Source: Tubulanus polymorphus
Lineage: Eukaryota; Animalia; Nemertea
NCBI RefSeq assembly: GCF_964204645.1
Contig: NC_134025.1
Location: 10,602,001 to 10,666,000 of the forward strand
Length of the DNA: 64,000 nucleotides
Reading direction: 5' to 3'
This document shows, piece by piece, positions 44,831 through 59,600 of this stretch. A model generated the notes under the pieces. That model worked only from the letters and a program-made list of their open reading frames with translations, was not told the origin of the DNA and made no database searches. Made by a program: the position numbers and the translations under genes. Numbering within the stretch: the first letter of the stretch is position 1; every line of letters starts with the position of its first letter.

Positions 44831-45319
44831 CGGCGATGATGATTATTGCGGAGTACGCACGGAGAACGGGTGGAGACGTTTTGTTATCCAGTGACTGCTG
44901 TGATGCTCTAGTGTTTACTGCGTAAAATATTATATGTATTATAATGTCGTACGATAATGTTGTAAATTGGCAAATCGCGAGGAAACCCGTATTATTGAAA
45001 ACCGTAATTTAAAAAGAAAATAGTCGCGCGGGTGAACGTACCCAGATTTGTGATGATTTCGGCACATTTTCTGTTCTCGATAAGATAAACTATGGAATAT
45101 CGTAGGTGCCAGCCTTATCGCTCTGCGTAAAAACGTTTATGTTGCGGAGTTGATTTTTGCAGTCGTTTTTCGCTTTTTGTTCGAACCTTTTTAATAATCC
45201 TATCAAGAAATAACGATTTCTAATGCTTATCTAAAGGAAAACTTTATATTTCTAATGAATGCAAAACAATTTCGAATTAGTTCCCTTCGAGCCAGTTTTA
45301 TATTCCAGTTTTCACTTAA

Positions 45320-45600
45320 CCCTTTCAGTGCTGACTCATTAATACCCTATAGTGCAGGAGATAATTTGAAAATGATTAAAAATTCCACCCTAGTGTGTTG
45401 AATAACGGGAATGCCACTATAGTGCATCTACACCGCGTCGCGGTGTATCGTTAGTTACTAGTATTTCACTATGTTTGACAGGTGCTGCCATTTTTCAAGA
45501 GAGATCATAACTAATTACATCAATACACCGCACTGAAGTGTACTAGCAAAATCTATCACTGATTTATACACCGCACTGCGGTGTAGATGCACTGAAAGGG
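45320..45600. mobile_element. piggyBac-like MITE (copy 2)
   Basis: TTAA|CCCTTTCAGTGC...GCACTGAAAGGG|TTAA: perfect 12-bp TIR with TTAA TSD. Confidence 0.85.
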
Positions 45601-46125
45601 TTAAACCTCTGGATTCGCTCAATTGAAATTGAATTAACCCGAACCTTCTTCTGGGTGTAAGTCAGTTCATGTCTATAAAACAGGGCTGAAATATGAGCAA
45701 TTGCACCAGCGTGATTGTTGCGTTTGTATAAGTAGGTGTTTGAAATGATTTACTAGATGGACTCGATTGTTTTTTTTGTTATTTTTTTAATTGTCAAATA
45801 TCCTGTGCCTCTAAAAACTAATGTCAATTTTTGTCAAATCTAGTCATTTGAACTTGAATTAGGGTGTACACAACTGTAATGTGCATTTCATCGAATATTA
45901 AGCCTCTCGCGCTGGTATCAACCGGCAGCCCGGAACCACCCAGGTCAGACGACCAACACGGTCGATGATCACTTTTGTACAATTTGTGCTGTACAAACGA
46001 CTAATATCTGGCATTATTAGTCCATTTGTTTCGATTATAGATATCCGAGGAGGAATCCTGAACGCAGGTGAAGTCTGGATTAAGTCCGAGGGTAATGATA
46101 CCGGACTGCAGATTGATACCTCCAG

Positions 46126-46679
46126 GGGCCAGTTCTGCCGTCAAGACTAAAGTCCAAAAGGGAGCTTAAATCTTAAGTTTGGTCTTAAGTTATTATATTG
46201 GCTATACACCAGGGGCCGGTTGCATAGTCATGGCTTAGACTTAAGACCTGGCTAAGACCAACTTAGTTCTATAGCCAATCTAACAACTTAAGACCAGTCT
46301 TAAGATTTAAGACCACTATTGGACTTAAGTCACGACTGTGCAACTGGCCCCTGGGGCCAGTTGCATAGTCATGGCTTACACTTAAGACCAGTCTAAGACT
46401 AATCTAATCTAACAACTTAAGACCAGTCTTAAGATTTAAGACCACTATTGGACTTAAGTCACGACTGTGCAACTGGCCCCTGGGGCCAGTTGCATAGTCA
46501 TGGCTTACACTTAAGACCAGTCTAAGACCAACTCAGTTCTATAGCCAATCTAACAACTTAAGACCAGTCTTAAGATTTAAGACCAATTTTTGACTTAAGT
46601 CACGACTATGCAACTGGCCCCAGAACTAACGTGGTCTTAGACTGGTCTTAAGTCTAAGCGATGACTATGGAACCGACCC
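46126..46679. mobile_element. PIF/Harbinger-like MITE: three tandem copies inside an older, oppositely oriented copy
   Basis: Units 46213-46350, 46354-46479 and 46483-46620, each GGGCC(A/G)GTTGCATAGTC...GACT(G/A)TGCAACTGGCCC, separated by CAG/CTG/CTG/CAG. Outer halves are 46126-46209 and 46624-46679. Confidence 0.8.
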
Positions 46680-47681
46680 CTGGTAATAAAGAAAGACTCA
46701 ATAGGCGTCTAAACAAAGCTCCATCCTAGTGGCAAATTCATTACATCTCCACATTACTTAGTAGTAGTGCTCGGTAGTACATATTTTTCCATGTTGACTA
46801 AATACGGAAAATTGTCTTGCATTGTATTTGATAAATTCACTGAATGTAGCGATTTTCAAAGTTGACCAGTAGAGAGTAAGAGAGTAAGGAGGACACACTG
46901 TAGCATAAATGCTACAATCTTCTCAATGTGGGATTTAAGTAATTAATGATGCAATGATTGAAATTGATCTCAAAAAGCGTGGTATAAAATCTAAAAGGTA
47001 TCATTAATAGGTCTGCCTGATATGCTACTATGATTAATTTAAGCATTTTGGGATTATCCATTCATGATTTATTTTGATATCTGATATTTGGAGATCGAAC
47101 ACATTTCAAATTCCCTGTTTCCAGAAAATGAAAATTATGTTTTATGGTCTTCTTCGCCCATGCCTACATGAAATGATTGAAAACTATTAAAAAAAAAGCC
47201 CAGCATTATATACCGGTAGAAGAGTTTGCTTTGCTATTTTTTACCTGTTATGCTATATGATATGTTCAGTCTGAGAAAAGCAATTTTCTATTTAAGAGAG
47301 ATGAAATCTATTGTATTTTGCTCCTGAATAAAGTGATATCTTGCTTAATGCCGGTATCAACCAGCAGCTTTGTATTAAGTAGGTACCGGAACCCCTTCTG
47401 ACATTCAGTATGAAGTCTGGACGATAATTTTTCTGAAATTTTGCTGATAAAATGTCTAATATCCGTAATTTATACAAATCGTTAGTTCATTTTCAATTAT
47501 GAAGATCTGCATGTGTTTTTATGCTTGAAATATTAAGGCGTCAAATGTTTTAAGTGCTTGCAACTGCTGAGTATGAGCGAACTTTTTTTCATTCCGGTCC
47601 ACCCATGTTAGATCCGCCCTTGTCCATTTACAAATGGCCGAGCTTTATAATTCATCTCCTTCCTGTACTCAATTGTAGGTA

Positions 47682-47853
47682 CAGTAGAACCTCGTCGCAA
47701 CAAACTTCAGAGGACTGGAAAACCTTTTCCTTTTTACCGATAGTTCGTAATATCTAGTCACATCATTAAAATGTTCCTATTAGGGATGAAATTCTAAGTT
47801 TATATTAATTGCTAAATCGTCAAATCTGAGGTTGTTATAACGAGGTTCTACTG
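47682..47853. mobile_element. Tc1/mariner (pogo/Tigger-like) MITE
   Basis: TA|CAGTAGAACCTCGT...ACGAGGTTCTACTG. Confidence 0.7.
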
Positions 47854-50628
47854 GTTGAATGATTGACCGATCGATCGGCAAGTTTGTGAAATATTCCATT
47901 GTAAAAATGAATTATTGTTAACGTTATCAGAGCGTACGCTATAGCAGTTAAAAGTACTATTTTACTGTTGCCATAATGTTTATTTTCTTTTTTCCACGTA
48001 TTGAAATGAGACTTTTCCAACGGTTGAAATTAACAGAAGACGTGTATTTTTGACTGGCTATTGTGCATAATAGCAAAAATACATACGGATTTTTGATAAT
48101 AGTCATTTGGTGCGAGCAAGTACCGGCTAATATTCTTCGATTTCTTTTCAATTTTTATACTTTTTTCAAATGAGTAGTATCTTTTTCAATCGTAGTTTTC
48201 GTTGCTATGTTTAAAAAAAAACAGGAGGTATTTTTGTGTCCAAAAAGGGATAGATCCGGAGGCAAAATTCAAGGGTCCTTGGGAATATTACGTTCTCAAT
48301 TGACTTTAGACCTTGGTCTAGGGTGTTTAAAGCTCTATACCTCTAAAGCATGATTCACGAAAATTCCATTTTGGGTCTTTTTTGAAAAGGCTCTATATCA
48401 GATCCTCTCGATCTTTCCTTAACTGCTCTACTATTTGTACGCTAATTTCTACTTCTAATCTAACAGAGAATCATCGAGAACTATCTGCCATGACTTGTAG
48501 AAACTACGCGAGAGTTGAAATACGTCTGTCTTGTCATTGTGATGAAAAATAATCTAGTTGGAGAACCTTTAACTGGATTCAAAATAAAAAAAATCTGCTG
48601 TTGATTAATTTATAGTGTTTTCTGAGTCTGTCTAGGGAGGTGGACGTTATGCGCTCCGTTCTTATACAGTACAGTGTACGTAATATCCGGTACATTTCCT
48701 CAGTGAGACACCTACCGGTATTATATATACTTGGCGGCCAATTTAAGCTGGGTCTGGACAAAACCAGCCCCACCCTCTGAATTCTGAAGTGTAGTCAATA
48801 TCATTCTAAAAACTTCGCGATTGAGTTTTGCCAATGAAAACAACAAATAATTATTTTCCCCATCCTCCTTCGGTAAGGATCCGAACCATCAAGACTTACC
48901 GCGGTACGGAACTGTTTCCTGGCTGTTTCGTGGCTGAGTTGCGATTCCATCAGGTTCGAATGATGTTTTTCCCAGACGCCTAGAGAAAGTCTTAACCTAA
49001 ATTTCAAACTTTATATTCATACCCCTTTATATCTTCCTGGACCCATACGTGAGATTAGACCGACTTCATGATATTGGCGATGAACTTAAAAATGTAACCG
49101 TTTAGTGGTTCGGTGGGCTCCAATGACTAATGAAACCTTGATACAAAGGGGAAACGAGTTCAGGGACGATACCCACAGTAGTGTCGACAACGATCTGCCG
49201 GAATAACAAGCTGTATAAACGCTTTGCCCTAAGAGATAATTTAACGATGTTTGTATGCGAGTTTTAACAATAGAAAAAAACCCAGCATTACGAAGTTGGT
49301 AGTAAAGGGATTTCCAACTGAATATAATTCCGATGTATAAATTCGCCATTAATGAAAACGTTTTCAACTTTTGATTTATCTATATTTCCCGGGTACTCCA
49401 CCAGTCGCTTGACTGAAGAAGTCAATGATTCATTTCAGTCGAATATTCTGTTCAATTAGCACTTGACCTGGCACGAGAATTTGGACAACGAATGAATATA
49501 GAATTTTAGAAAACAAAGTACGATAATACGTGCTTGCGTAAGGTTTTTCTGTCAGTTGCCAATCATTGAATTCGGGAGTTCTCCCTCTTATAGGAGTGTA
49601 TTAGCATTGAATGCGTGATATTGACATTTTTCTCGGCTTCATTCTTGTCTCGCTCGGCAATCATCACCTCGTCTGTGCACCTACGCATCTGCTAAAAGGT
49701 CATGTAAATAGCATTTCGGATTGTTAGCTACGACATGAGTTGAATGTTTGAACGTTTTAACCGAATCCGCGGGGTTTTTGAACCTATACTTCAGCGGAGG
49801 TACAAGGCAGTTAAATTAGGCTCGATTCGCCCGCAGGAGTTCATTTAGTTCATTTCAGCTATTCGATTTTATTATTCATAATCAAATAGAACGTATTTTC
49901 AATTCAAACTGAAGTATGCCTCTCTAAGGTTTGCGATAGCTCTTCTTGCGCTATCCATCCAGTAGATACTGACGGCGGTTGGTGACTGACGGCTGATCGC
50001 GGCGGTGTTCGCGTTAACCCCGGGCCGAGGACATCGACTGGTATGAAAGCAACAGCGTTTTTACCGGCTTTTCCATCTGTCACTGCGCTGAACTGACGTT
50101 GGTTTACGGTATCGATATATCCCCGGCAGTAGACACGTATCATACATATTATATATGGATAGCACCACGGTGTCCCTGGAAGTGCATTCGGCTAATCAGC
50201 TTGCGTTTACTGCCGTCCCGTTTATTTGGAATTTGTGAATAAAATAATCTTGTCACAAAACGTTTTTCCATGGATGTAATTACCGCTTCAGCTCACCAGG
50301 GATTACTTTAACTTGCAACGTATACGGATATACATTACATTACAAGCGGTGACGTTCGTTATGAAAAATTGTCATGCCGGTTTTTCTATTCCTCTTCGCC
50401 GGCCTCAAGCCGAGAACAAGCCTGTTTGCGGTGGTTCCGGGCTTGTTTCAATTGAATTGTAAAGACACGAAAAAATATCTCCATTGAAATTAGTGTTATA
50501 TTTTGTGATTTACTTATATCATTAAGTGGCGAAAGAAGGCGTTTGAATGTGGGGCGCGTTCTTGACAAATGGACGGTGTTTGTCGCCGGCGTCGGTAGCG
50601 CTTTGACGAGAGCGATATATAGTTTGCG

Positions 50629-53600
50629 ATGGTGACGAATAAATACGAACTGGGCAATCCGAAACTGACCCCCGATTTGAGTATCCCTCATTCGTCGGAA
50701 AACGGCGCCGGGCCGTCCGCTGACTTGACGGTTGACGACCTCGAGACGGTACTGTTGAAGAATCCGCCCCCGGGATGTCGGAACAGTTGCGAAAAATTGC
50801 TCGTAATTCTTTTGGTTGTGTTCACTATCGCTTTGGTGACAATTATCTGTTTGTATTTCATCGTACTGGAGGTAAGGCCATAAATATTATGATTTATATT
50901 TTACATAGAAAACTGAAACGTGACCGGAATAATTATGACCAGCAATCTTTTCATTTGCAGCTTGCTCGTTAAGATAATTATCATACTGCACTGTTTATCC
51001 GTAAAAATATAATTTCATCGAATTTTGCCATTCAGTTGTGTGCTAGGTCTAAGGTTTATACCATGTCTTGAAGTTAGAACCCAACTGGAGCCAACTTCGT
51101 GGTACTTCGGTACTCTAAAAGTCAAGTTTGATGTTTTCGTCCAAATAAGTTTCAATTCAAATAAACCAGAAATTGCAGTCATAACTTATAGGTTTAGTTA
51201 AATGAATTATCCAATATGGTTAGCTCTGGGAAACCAATATCCAAACGACGTTAAGCAAAACAAACAAACAAGAAATACCAGTCTAAGACCATATTTATTG
51301 GTTCTATGAACAGTGCACTAAGACTTAAGAAGCACTTTTTAACTTATATACGTCACCACTGTGCGACTGGCTCCAGAATTAGATCGCAACCTTTAACTTT
51401 GCAATACAGACAGACCGCAATGTCGTAGTGTGTCACATCCGACCATGAAACATGATTACTGTCAGTTCGTTTACTGACTACAGAATGGGTCTGTAATTAG
51501 GTCTCGTTTTGGCCTTGAATTTGTAAGTGCATCCCTCGATACCACTCGGGATGATACGGACGCGGCACACATTTCGGACAAATATTATGATTTACTGAAA
51601 TCGATATCAATTTCAACGAATTTGCAGCAAAATCAACGGAGATGTCAATCAGCGAACTGCCTACGCATCGCGGCGAAAATGTTCAACAATCTGGATGCGA
51701 CGGTGGACCCTTGCGACAATTTCTATCGGCACGCTTGCGGCGGTTATGAATCGGAAGGCTTCATCGAGTACGACGAGGTTGAAAAAAGCCCACTCAAAGA
51801 TGCAAATGATATTAAAGAGTATTTTTTCAAAGGTATTATCGAGTTCGCAGAAATGGGTTGTACGTGATGGGAATCGTGGGCGGAATTGGCAGAATATCCT
51901 CGTTCAAGTATCTAACAAGTATATAGACGTACATAATATATACATGTTTGTATAATGCATAATCGACCGGGGGTAATGAATGGATAAATAATGAAACCAT
52001 GAATAATTTGAAACGACCTTCTATCCACTCAGTCGTATAACGATCAAACTTCCCCCACAGGGATTTTGAGTAGCCGGGGGTCTAAAACGTCCGGCGCCTG
52101 CTGCGAGCGCTGGCAAAGCACCTAAGGGAGGTTTAGAGCAAAATGACCGGCACTAATTTGCCAGTCTTTATGTAACATTCTTGAGCCAGGTTTTGAAAAA
52201 TGTTATCCTGGATAATAAGTACGGCAACTGTCTGAACCGGGACAATGAAAAATATCCGATTTCGATCAACTGAGTTTTTACAGAGATGTATATTTTCAGA
52301 TATATATTTTCTTATCGAACAGATCAATTAGAGAATCAGTTGACATCTAACAATCGAAAGCCCTATTGGGAAGTCGCCAAATTTTATCGAAGTTGTCTCA
52401 ACGACCCACAAATCAACAAAAAAACTGGATTCATTCCAGGTAAAATAATGATGAATGATGAATGCCGTTTGCGTAATTATGCCGGCCTTAACTGGGTAAT
52501 AAAATACTTAATCAAATTGTAGTTCGAGATTTTATCAAGAAACACGGTGGAATGGATATACTCGGAGGCTGGGATGCGGAATCTTGGAGTTTTACCGATG
52601 CTCTCCTATCCACGACCAGTCTGGGATATTCAACATTGTTTGAATTCGGCGTACTAGCTGATTTGTCGGTAAAACCGAATTTACTTTTCATATTTCCATA
52701 TTTACCAGAACGCTGACATTAGGAGGTTCAACGTATATATTCGGAATGTTCTTTTTTTCATTAAGATCGAAATTCCCGGCAGGTTGTTGAATTACAGTTG
52801 GGCGAAATATGTCTCGAAAACCAAATCCGATAAGGTAGGTTAGAATATTCAACGCCGCAGGTTGCGACGGTTGATCGTTTGCTTAAGTTTTCCCATTGAT
52901 CGTCGAGTGGGCTTTAAGCCCAACGCACACGGCAAAATATTTGTTTCGCCGAAACAGAAAACGTTTTTTGCTCTTGAAAAACGTTTTTCATTTGGGCGTT
53001 TTGTGTTTTGCCTCCCCCGCACACGGCATAACAAAAAACATCGAAAACGTTTTTTTTCACGAGGAAACAACGTTTTTTCGGTGCCGTGTGCGTTGGGCCT
53101 AAGCGTTATTTTCGTGTCTTTTTAGGTTTATTTGGACTTCCATAACTCATTTCAAAAATATCTGAATGAGTTTGCCGGCGTTCGTGTCGCTGATTCTTTA
53201 GTTACCGAAGTAATCAACTTCCATATCGACCTCCTCACGGTATGATATCCACCGCTAATAACAATTCTTGCCGTAAGGTCGACGAAAAACAAGCGCTAAT
53301 TCAAATGGAAAATGCGTTTGAATTTTTTCAGCTCGCGAAAAATGCCATGGTTGATGTGAACGCGCCGAGTTATAGTTATTCCAGTATCAAACAGGCTGAA
53401 ATGATGGGCCTGCCTATTCCTGGATATCCCACCTATAATTTTTCAGAATTACATCAAATCTTACCAGAGGTAAATATTTCAAAAGCAACTTTATATTTAT
53501 GACTTCTTATTTAAGTCGATTCCATGGGATTTTTGGTTTCTCGTTTTGGAGTCGAATTAGACTCAGCTTGGGCAACTTACTTTTGTATTCGTTTGATGGC

Positions 53601-56600
53601 TTCATACCTCGGCCCGGGTTTGTCAGTAAGATTCTTGTTTAAGTCAATCCATAGGATTTCGGTGGATCCATAGGATTTCTCATGTTGCTAATTGAGTCGA
53701 ACTTAAAGTTGCGTTCATTTAATGGTTGATTTAGGCCCGGGTTTGCCAATCAGATTCAGGAGGAGAGAGGTGAACCGATTTTCGTGACCAAAGCTCTCAG
53801 AGGGAGCGAATGCTTTACCTGATTCCTTTAAAAAGTATGACCGGCATATAGCAATATATAAACAGTGTACTACTTTTAAGAGATGAAAATTGCATCATAC
53901 TGACATAGTTGGCTTCGTTGCCATGATTCTACGTAATAGTGGTAATTAACTGATGCGCCTCCCCGGTGGCGTCCGGCTTACGCCCTGATACGGTATCTCA
54001 TGACAATTTGATGAGTTTTTACTCGCCGTTTATGAAGTAGTGACATTGCGCGCTACTATGCGATAATTGACGTGATATATTACGTATATATTTCACGGTT
54101 GTTTTGTGTACGTCTTTCGCCGTCCAAGAGACTTTTCCCGATCGCCGTTATGATCTAAGTTAATGAGAAAGTAATCTTCTTCGTCGTTCTTCATCGATGT
54201 TAAAATGCATTTGACATTTCTGTTGCTCACGAAGTTTTGCTAAGGTGAAGAATGCGATTTGCGCCATCGTGGAATCAAGCGTTTGCAGTATCTGACTCTT
54301 TGGCAAATTGTTGGCCACGGTTGAGTAAAACAAAGGGATACGACTAATATACATACGAAGTGATTCATATGGATAGTTTGGCTACGCCAAAATTGCTTAT
54401 GATTCAAGTGATGGATAACGAGCGAATTCTTAGTGTCCTGCAAGCCTTTTTAGAGGCCATTTTTCGCAAAATGGTACCGTTACAATCAGGCTCACTCTAT
54501 CTCAACTAATCTATTGATTAGTTTTGAAGTCACTGCGGTGGAATAATAGGCCAGGTGGACCCCTTCAGAATTTGAATGCGCCCTCCATATAGTCTGGATT
54601 TATTTTTGCAAAGAACATCTTTAAAAAACCAAAAATGTATCCAAATGATCCCTGATCAGAGCCAGAAAAGCCCCTCTTTGTCCTAGATTTTCTTTGGGAG
54701 GGCAATCAGAACCCCCACCAATGTTTCGCATGCAGTCCTCGCATTGCCAAACCTTTTCAAGTGGCCATTCAAATTTTTAGGTCCACCCTTTTCAAAGAAT
54801 CCTAGATCCACACGTGGAACGTACCTTGGACCCGCCATTTTTATGCAAGCGTACATATTATATGTTTCTTTCTAGATTGATTGGCCGCGACTGATTAGCG
54901 GTCTATTACCCTTCCCAACGAATAGCAGCCAGCACATCCAGGTAGCGAACCACACAGTAGCTTACCTGAAAGCTTTGTCGTCGTTGCTGAAAAATACTCC
55001 AGAACGGTAAGTTATTACCTGACCCACGGTAAATAGATGAAATTATAGATCTGAAAAATCTGGATATTGTTACATAGCAGGGCCGTGCCTAGCGGGGGAG
55101 GTGGCAAGTGCCCTTTTTGCAAATATTATTGTTATATCCAATAGCCTTTTTTGGGTTTCTGTGCTCCACCCCAAAAAAATCAAAATGCTAGGTACAACCA
55201 CGTATAGGATATATAATCGTTAGCGTCAAACTATTATTCAAAATCCATTCGGATTACTTCAATGTGAAAAAAAAAGAATTTTGCCCGGAGTTTTCTAATA
55301 TGTACATAATATGTATAAATGATCGAGGTACTGAAATTTCATATGGCAATTATATATCACCGTGTATATAATATGATAAAAACGCGGAGCGAATGGGGCC
55401 CATCTGCGCTTGACATATGAAAACCGGTTGAATATAATAACGATTTTTGATTTACCCAGTTACAAATTTGAATCGGATATCATCCCAGGCACATATAGAA
55501 ATCACCTAGATATATTAAGCTCGCCCAAAAACTAGTCTAATTCTCACTAACGGGTTTAACGATTTTGAAATTTGCCCTTTCCTCTTAAGATGGCGATGCG
55601 AAGATAGCGATATGTTTTATATGTCACATTTCCTCGTAAGATCTGTCGACGCTTTTAAACCTCAAACCTCATATCTTTTTAGGAAGGCTTTTACCATCGT
55701 GTAATGTCTCTTACAACTTGTTTTTGTATTCTTATATTATTGCGTTCCTATGGTATTTTGATGATTTTATGGTTTCATATTTTACTATTGTAAAGCGCTA
55801 TGATTGTTTTATAGTATAGCGCTATATAAACAAATAAACTATTACTATTATTTCTACGATAAATTTCAAAAAAGTTTTTTACTTTGGATTTTGGAGAATG
55901 TTTTTTTTATTGTATCTTTAAAAATTTCCCATATAGTTTGAGCTTCGCCACTGTTACCCCGTTAAGAAGATGTATTGAATTTCATATAAAAGAGCAATAG
56001 AGAGTGAGCACAATCATTGTATTCATTTATTCACCTAGTCCCAGCGTCAAAGCCTGCGAGTTTTTTTTTTATTAATGCGCGAACTAGATATTTGGACTTC
56101 TTATTGCGACTGGGTCAAGGTTTCAACCCTGGAGCGGAAAAAAAGAATCATCGTATGTATAATGTATGGGTTGATCGTCTGGTTTATAAAATCCTATACC
56201 CGAGACATGTATATAGCCGTTGGGATCTTGCGAAGCCCGATCTTAATATTCAGTCGATAATCTTTCGGCAGACGATTCCTCGTGGAATACGTAAGCGGGT
56301 TCATCCCCTGGCTAAAATATCAAACACCGTATTTCTTATGCAAAAAGCCAATCCCTCGCTGTCAACGATGTCATATCTAATCCTTATTGTACGATGCCGC
56401 TTTCTTTCAACTTCAGCGTCAGGAATAATTACATATGGACGATTTTCGCGTACGATTCCCAACGATATCTTTCGCACATATCCAACGACGAGAAAATCAG
56501 TTTGCCATTCCCGAGACGAAAAGAAGACAATCCATTCATGACCATGGTAAATGCGCAAAATGATGATAGATTTCATTCAAAATTCAAAATAACGCGGCTT

Positions 56601-59600
56601 ACACAATTAAGAAGAAAAAAATGAAGTCAATACTCATTGTAGCCAATTTTTCTATTTTGAGATTAAAAGAAAAATTCCCTTGAATCAGACATGTATATAA
56701 AACCGACGTATATACTCGAAAAGTTCGGCACGAATTCCGAAAATGGAAATCATAACGCTCATTTTCGCTTCGACGTCAGAATGTTGTTCTAATGTGCTTT
56801 AGGATACAATGGGTCATCCGTCCGATGTAGATTCATCGTGTAAACGTTGGAAATATTGCATGATCATGACAAGTTACGGCTGGAACAATTTCTCAGTTTG
56901 GCAACTGGCGTTAGAATCGCTGTTTCTCGAACGATACATGAAAGGCAAATTACCAGACAAATCAAAGGTGAGTTAAGCCTACGAGCAATCATCTCAAAGT
57001 GGAATTGGTTGCTCGCATTGGTTAAAAAAAATCACTGGGCTTTTTCATACTATGTTCAATCGGGTCAATGTGGTCCTGGGGGTAGTAATCCGTCGGTTCA
57101 TAAAGCAATCAAGACTAATTTTTACGATTGTTAAATGTTTTGTTTTGAAGTGAACTGGTTCCTTTGACATTTCAAATCATTTTCATTATTGATGTCATTA
57201 GCCCCATGAAGGTTACCATGGAAGTTAGCCGCTAGGGAAACCAGCACCTAGATATATAGTATTCAACATATACACGGAAGTGGAAATCATTTCTTTTATA
57301 TATCAAATGCTTTTAAGAAATTAATGTCTTGCGCGACATATAGTTTGATACTCGCCTGTGACACCAAAGCATAAAACATGAATTTTCACGATACTTTTAA
57401 ACGATCCAATTTTCTGTGGTGAATTTTCCACTTTCTGTCAGAAAATTCACGTAGACCTATGCAGGCCCGCAGCCATCCATGTCTGAGGTGAGGGGGTCGA
57501 TTTTCATGAAAGTGGAACTTTTTTCATGGAAGTGGAACATTTTGTAAGATGCTCACACATATGAGGACGGTGAGGGGTGTGGGGGATTGTTCGAACACCC
57601 GCGAACCCCTCCCCCAAATACGGGCCTGCTATGTATATATGTATTTCTAGTTGGACGATATGCACGAGCGAATCGTGAAAGCGTTCGTAGCCAACCTGCA
57701 GAAACTGACTTGGATGGATGAGAAAACGAAAAAAGCCTGCGAACAAAAGGCGAACAATATGAAAAAATATCTGTACTACCCGGAATATCTGAAAAACGAA
57801 ACATTTGTTGATTCCATTTATTCGCATGTACGTATTTTATGCATGCTTTCATTCAGATGAATATTGCAAAAAAAAATAGATGAATCCTAAATCATATTGA
57901 TATTTGAGTTTAAAGAAAATGTTTTGCTGTAGACTCCACCTTTCTCGATAGCATAAAATTACAACAGGCTGTCCCAAAAAGCAATACCATTTAAAAAGGC
58001 TATAAAATGTTTTCCCGATGGACTGTCAGAAATTCATCCTGAATCACTATATTAAAAAGATCTTTTTTCTGATATACCATTTTTGGTTTATTCATTTATT
58101 TTGAAAATATGTTCAAAAATAGCTTCAATCGTTAAATTAAGTCTCATACTTATTAGGTCTTTACTATTTACACTTATGGCTTTTGTCATTTCTGGTGTTA
58201 CGCGTGGCATCTCATCTCCGATGTTTTTCGGGACGCCCTGTAAATGCACAATTCCATGATTACAATTTTAGGACCAATATTTCAGTGTCTACCGAGTTAT
58301 GGAGAGTCTAATGTTTATCGAATTATTTGAAATATGTATTTCAAAAGCAGAACGTGTTACGATTAATTTTACTTGGATTTTCAGTTGAATCTTCACTTAG
58401 ATAAGTATTACGACAACAGCCTTGTGATCGACGCCTGGAAAGTAAAACGGTCGCTATTGGTTCTAGAGCCGTCCATTCAGGAAGCTGTAGCTCAACAAGG
58501 GTAACTCGGCGGAATATTCTACCATCCAATTTTTTGCCCATCGACTCGGGACATGACAAAAACAAATTGTGCCTCATTTTTTTCATATATCTCAGATGGA
58601 TCCTACCAATCTACTCGGTGAATGCGTTTTATATGATGCCAGGAAATCAATTTTGTGAGTAACCGTTAATATAGAAAAGAAAGTAAGAAAGAACAGTCAT
58701 CTCTTCTACTCGTCACGCCACACAATCTTAGCGCGGTTCACAATATTCATTCAGGCAATAATGGAATAGCGCACTGACATTTCGTGATGATGATGATAAT
58801 CTATTTGTAGGGATGTTAGCAGGAGCTATGGACAGCCCGTACTATTACGGAAAGGACGTGCCAAAGTACGTTATATCAAAAATACATAGAGTCCTATAAA
58901 GAGTCCTATACATAAAGAGTTTTTATGTACTTTTGGTTGTATTCAATTCAATACTTTCAACAGCTACGTCGTGTAATTATCGTCCAATTCAACGAAAGCG
59001 AATAAGAAGCGATTTTTACGACATGCCCAACCGTTCAATTGCGTCCTATTGTCATGTTTATTATCACATTTTTCTTTTGCCAGGTATTTGAATTACGCAG
59101 GAATCGGAAGTTTGATGGGTCATGAAATAACGCACGGGTTTGACAATAAAGGTATATCGGGTGCTAATGTAATGAGATGCACGCTAAAAAATTAGACTTT
59201 ACGAAAAGCATTCACTGCATTAGCAGCTATCATTAGGCTCATTTAGGTCGCGCATTAGGTTGCGGCTTTTTATTCTTTGATTGAAACATTAATTGTAAAA
59301 AGATCTGCGGGTAGGAGGGAACTTAGAAAAAAGGATTTGAATTTGGGGTTAGGCTTTTGCCGTAGTTCAGACGTACTCCGGGGAATTCTCGGAAGACAAA
59401 ATAAAAGATGAAATTGGAGATTCGCAATATATATTAAAACGTTGTAAAAATCTGGCCTTGGCCTTGGTCTCTATGTAAGTTTGGTAAATTTGTTCATTGA
59501 TTCTTTTTATCTTCCAGGAAGACTCTACGATCAGAATGGTAAAATGAGTCACCGGTGGTGGACCGCAAGAACGTCTGAGAACTTTCAAAAGCGAGCCGTA

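Noticed and set aside
46213-46620. CRISPR-like or satellite array of palindromic repeats
   Set aside because: The units are whole MITEs with TIRs and no unique spacers, there are no cas genes, and the context is eukaryotic.
53278-53331. Alternative upstream acceptor adding [18 protein letters not shown] to the neprilysin
   Set aside because: It has a weak pyrimidine tract and a 38-nt intron; the acceptor at 53331 is stronger and fits family spacing.
56017-56541. 174-aa ORF inside the neprilysin gene
   Set aside because: It overlaps the true exon 56417-56546 in another frame and has no recognisable domain; probably chance.
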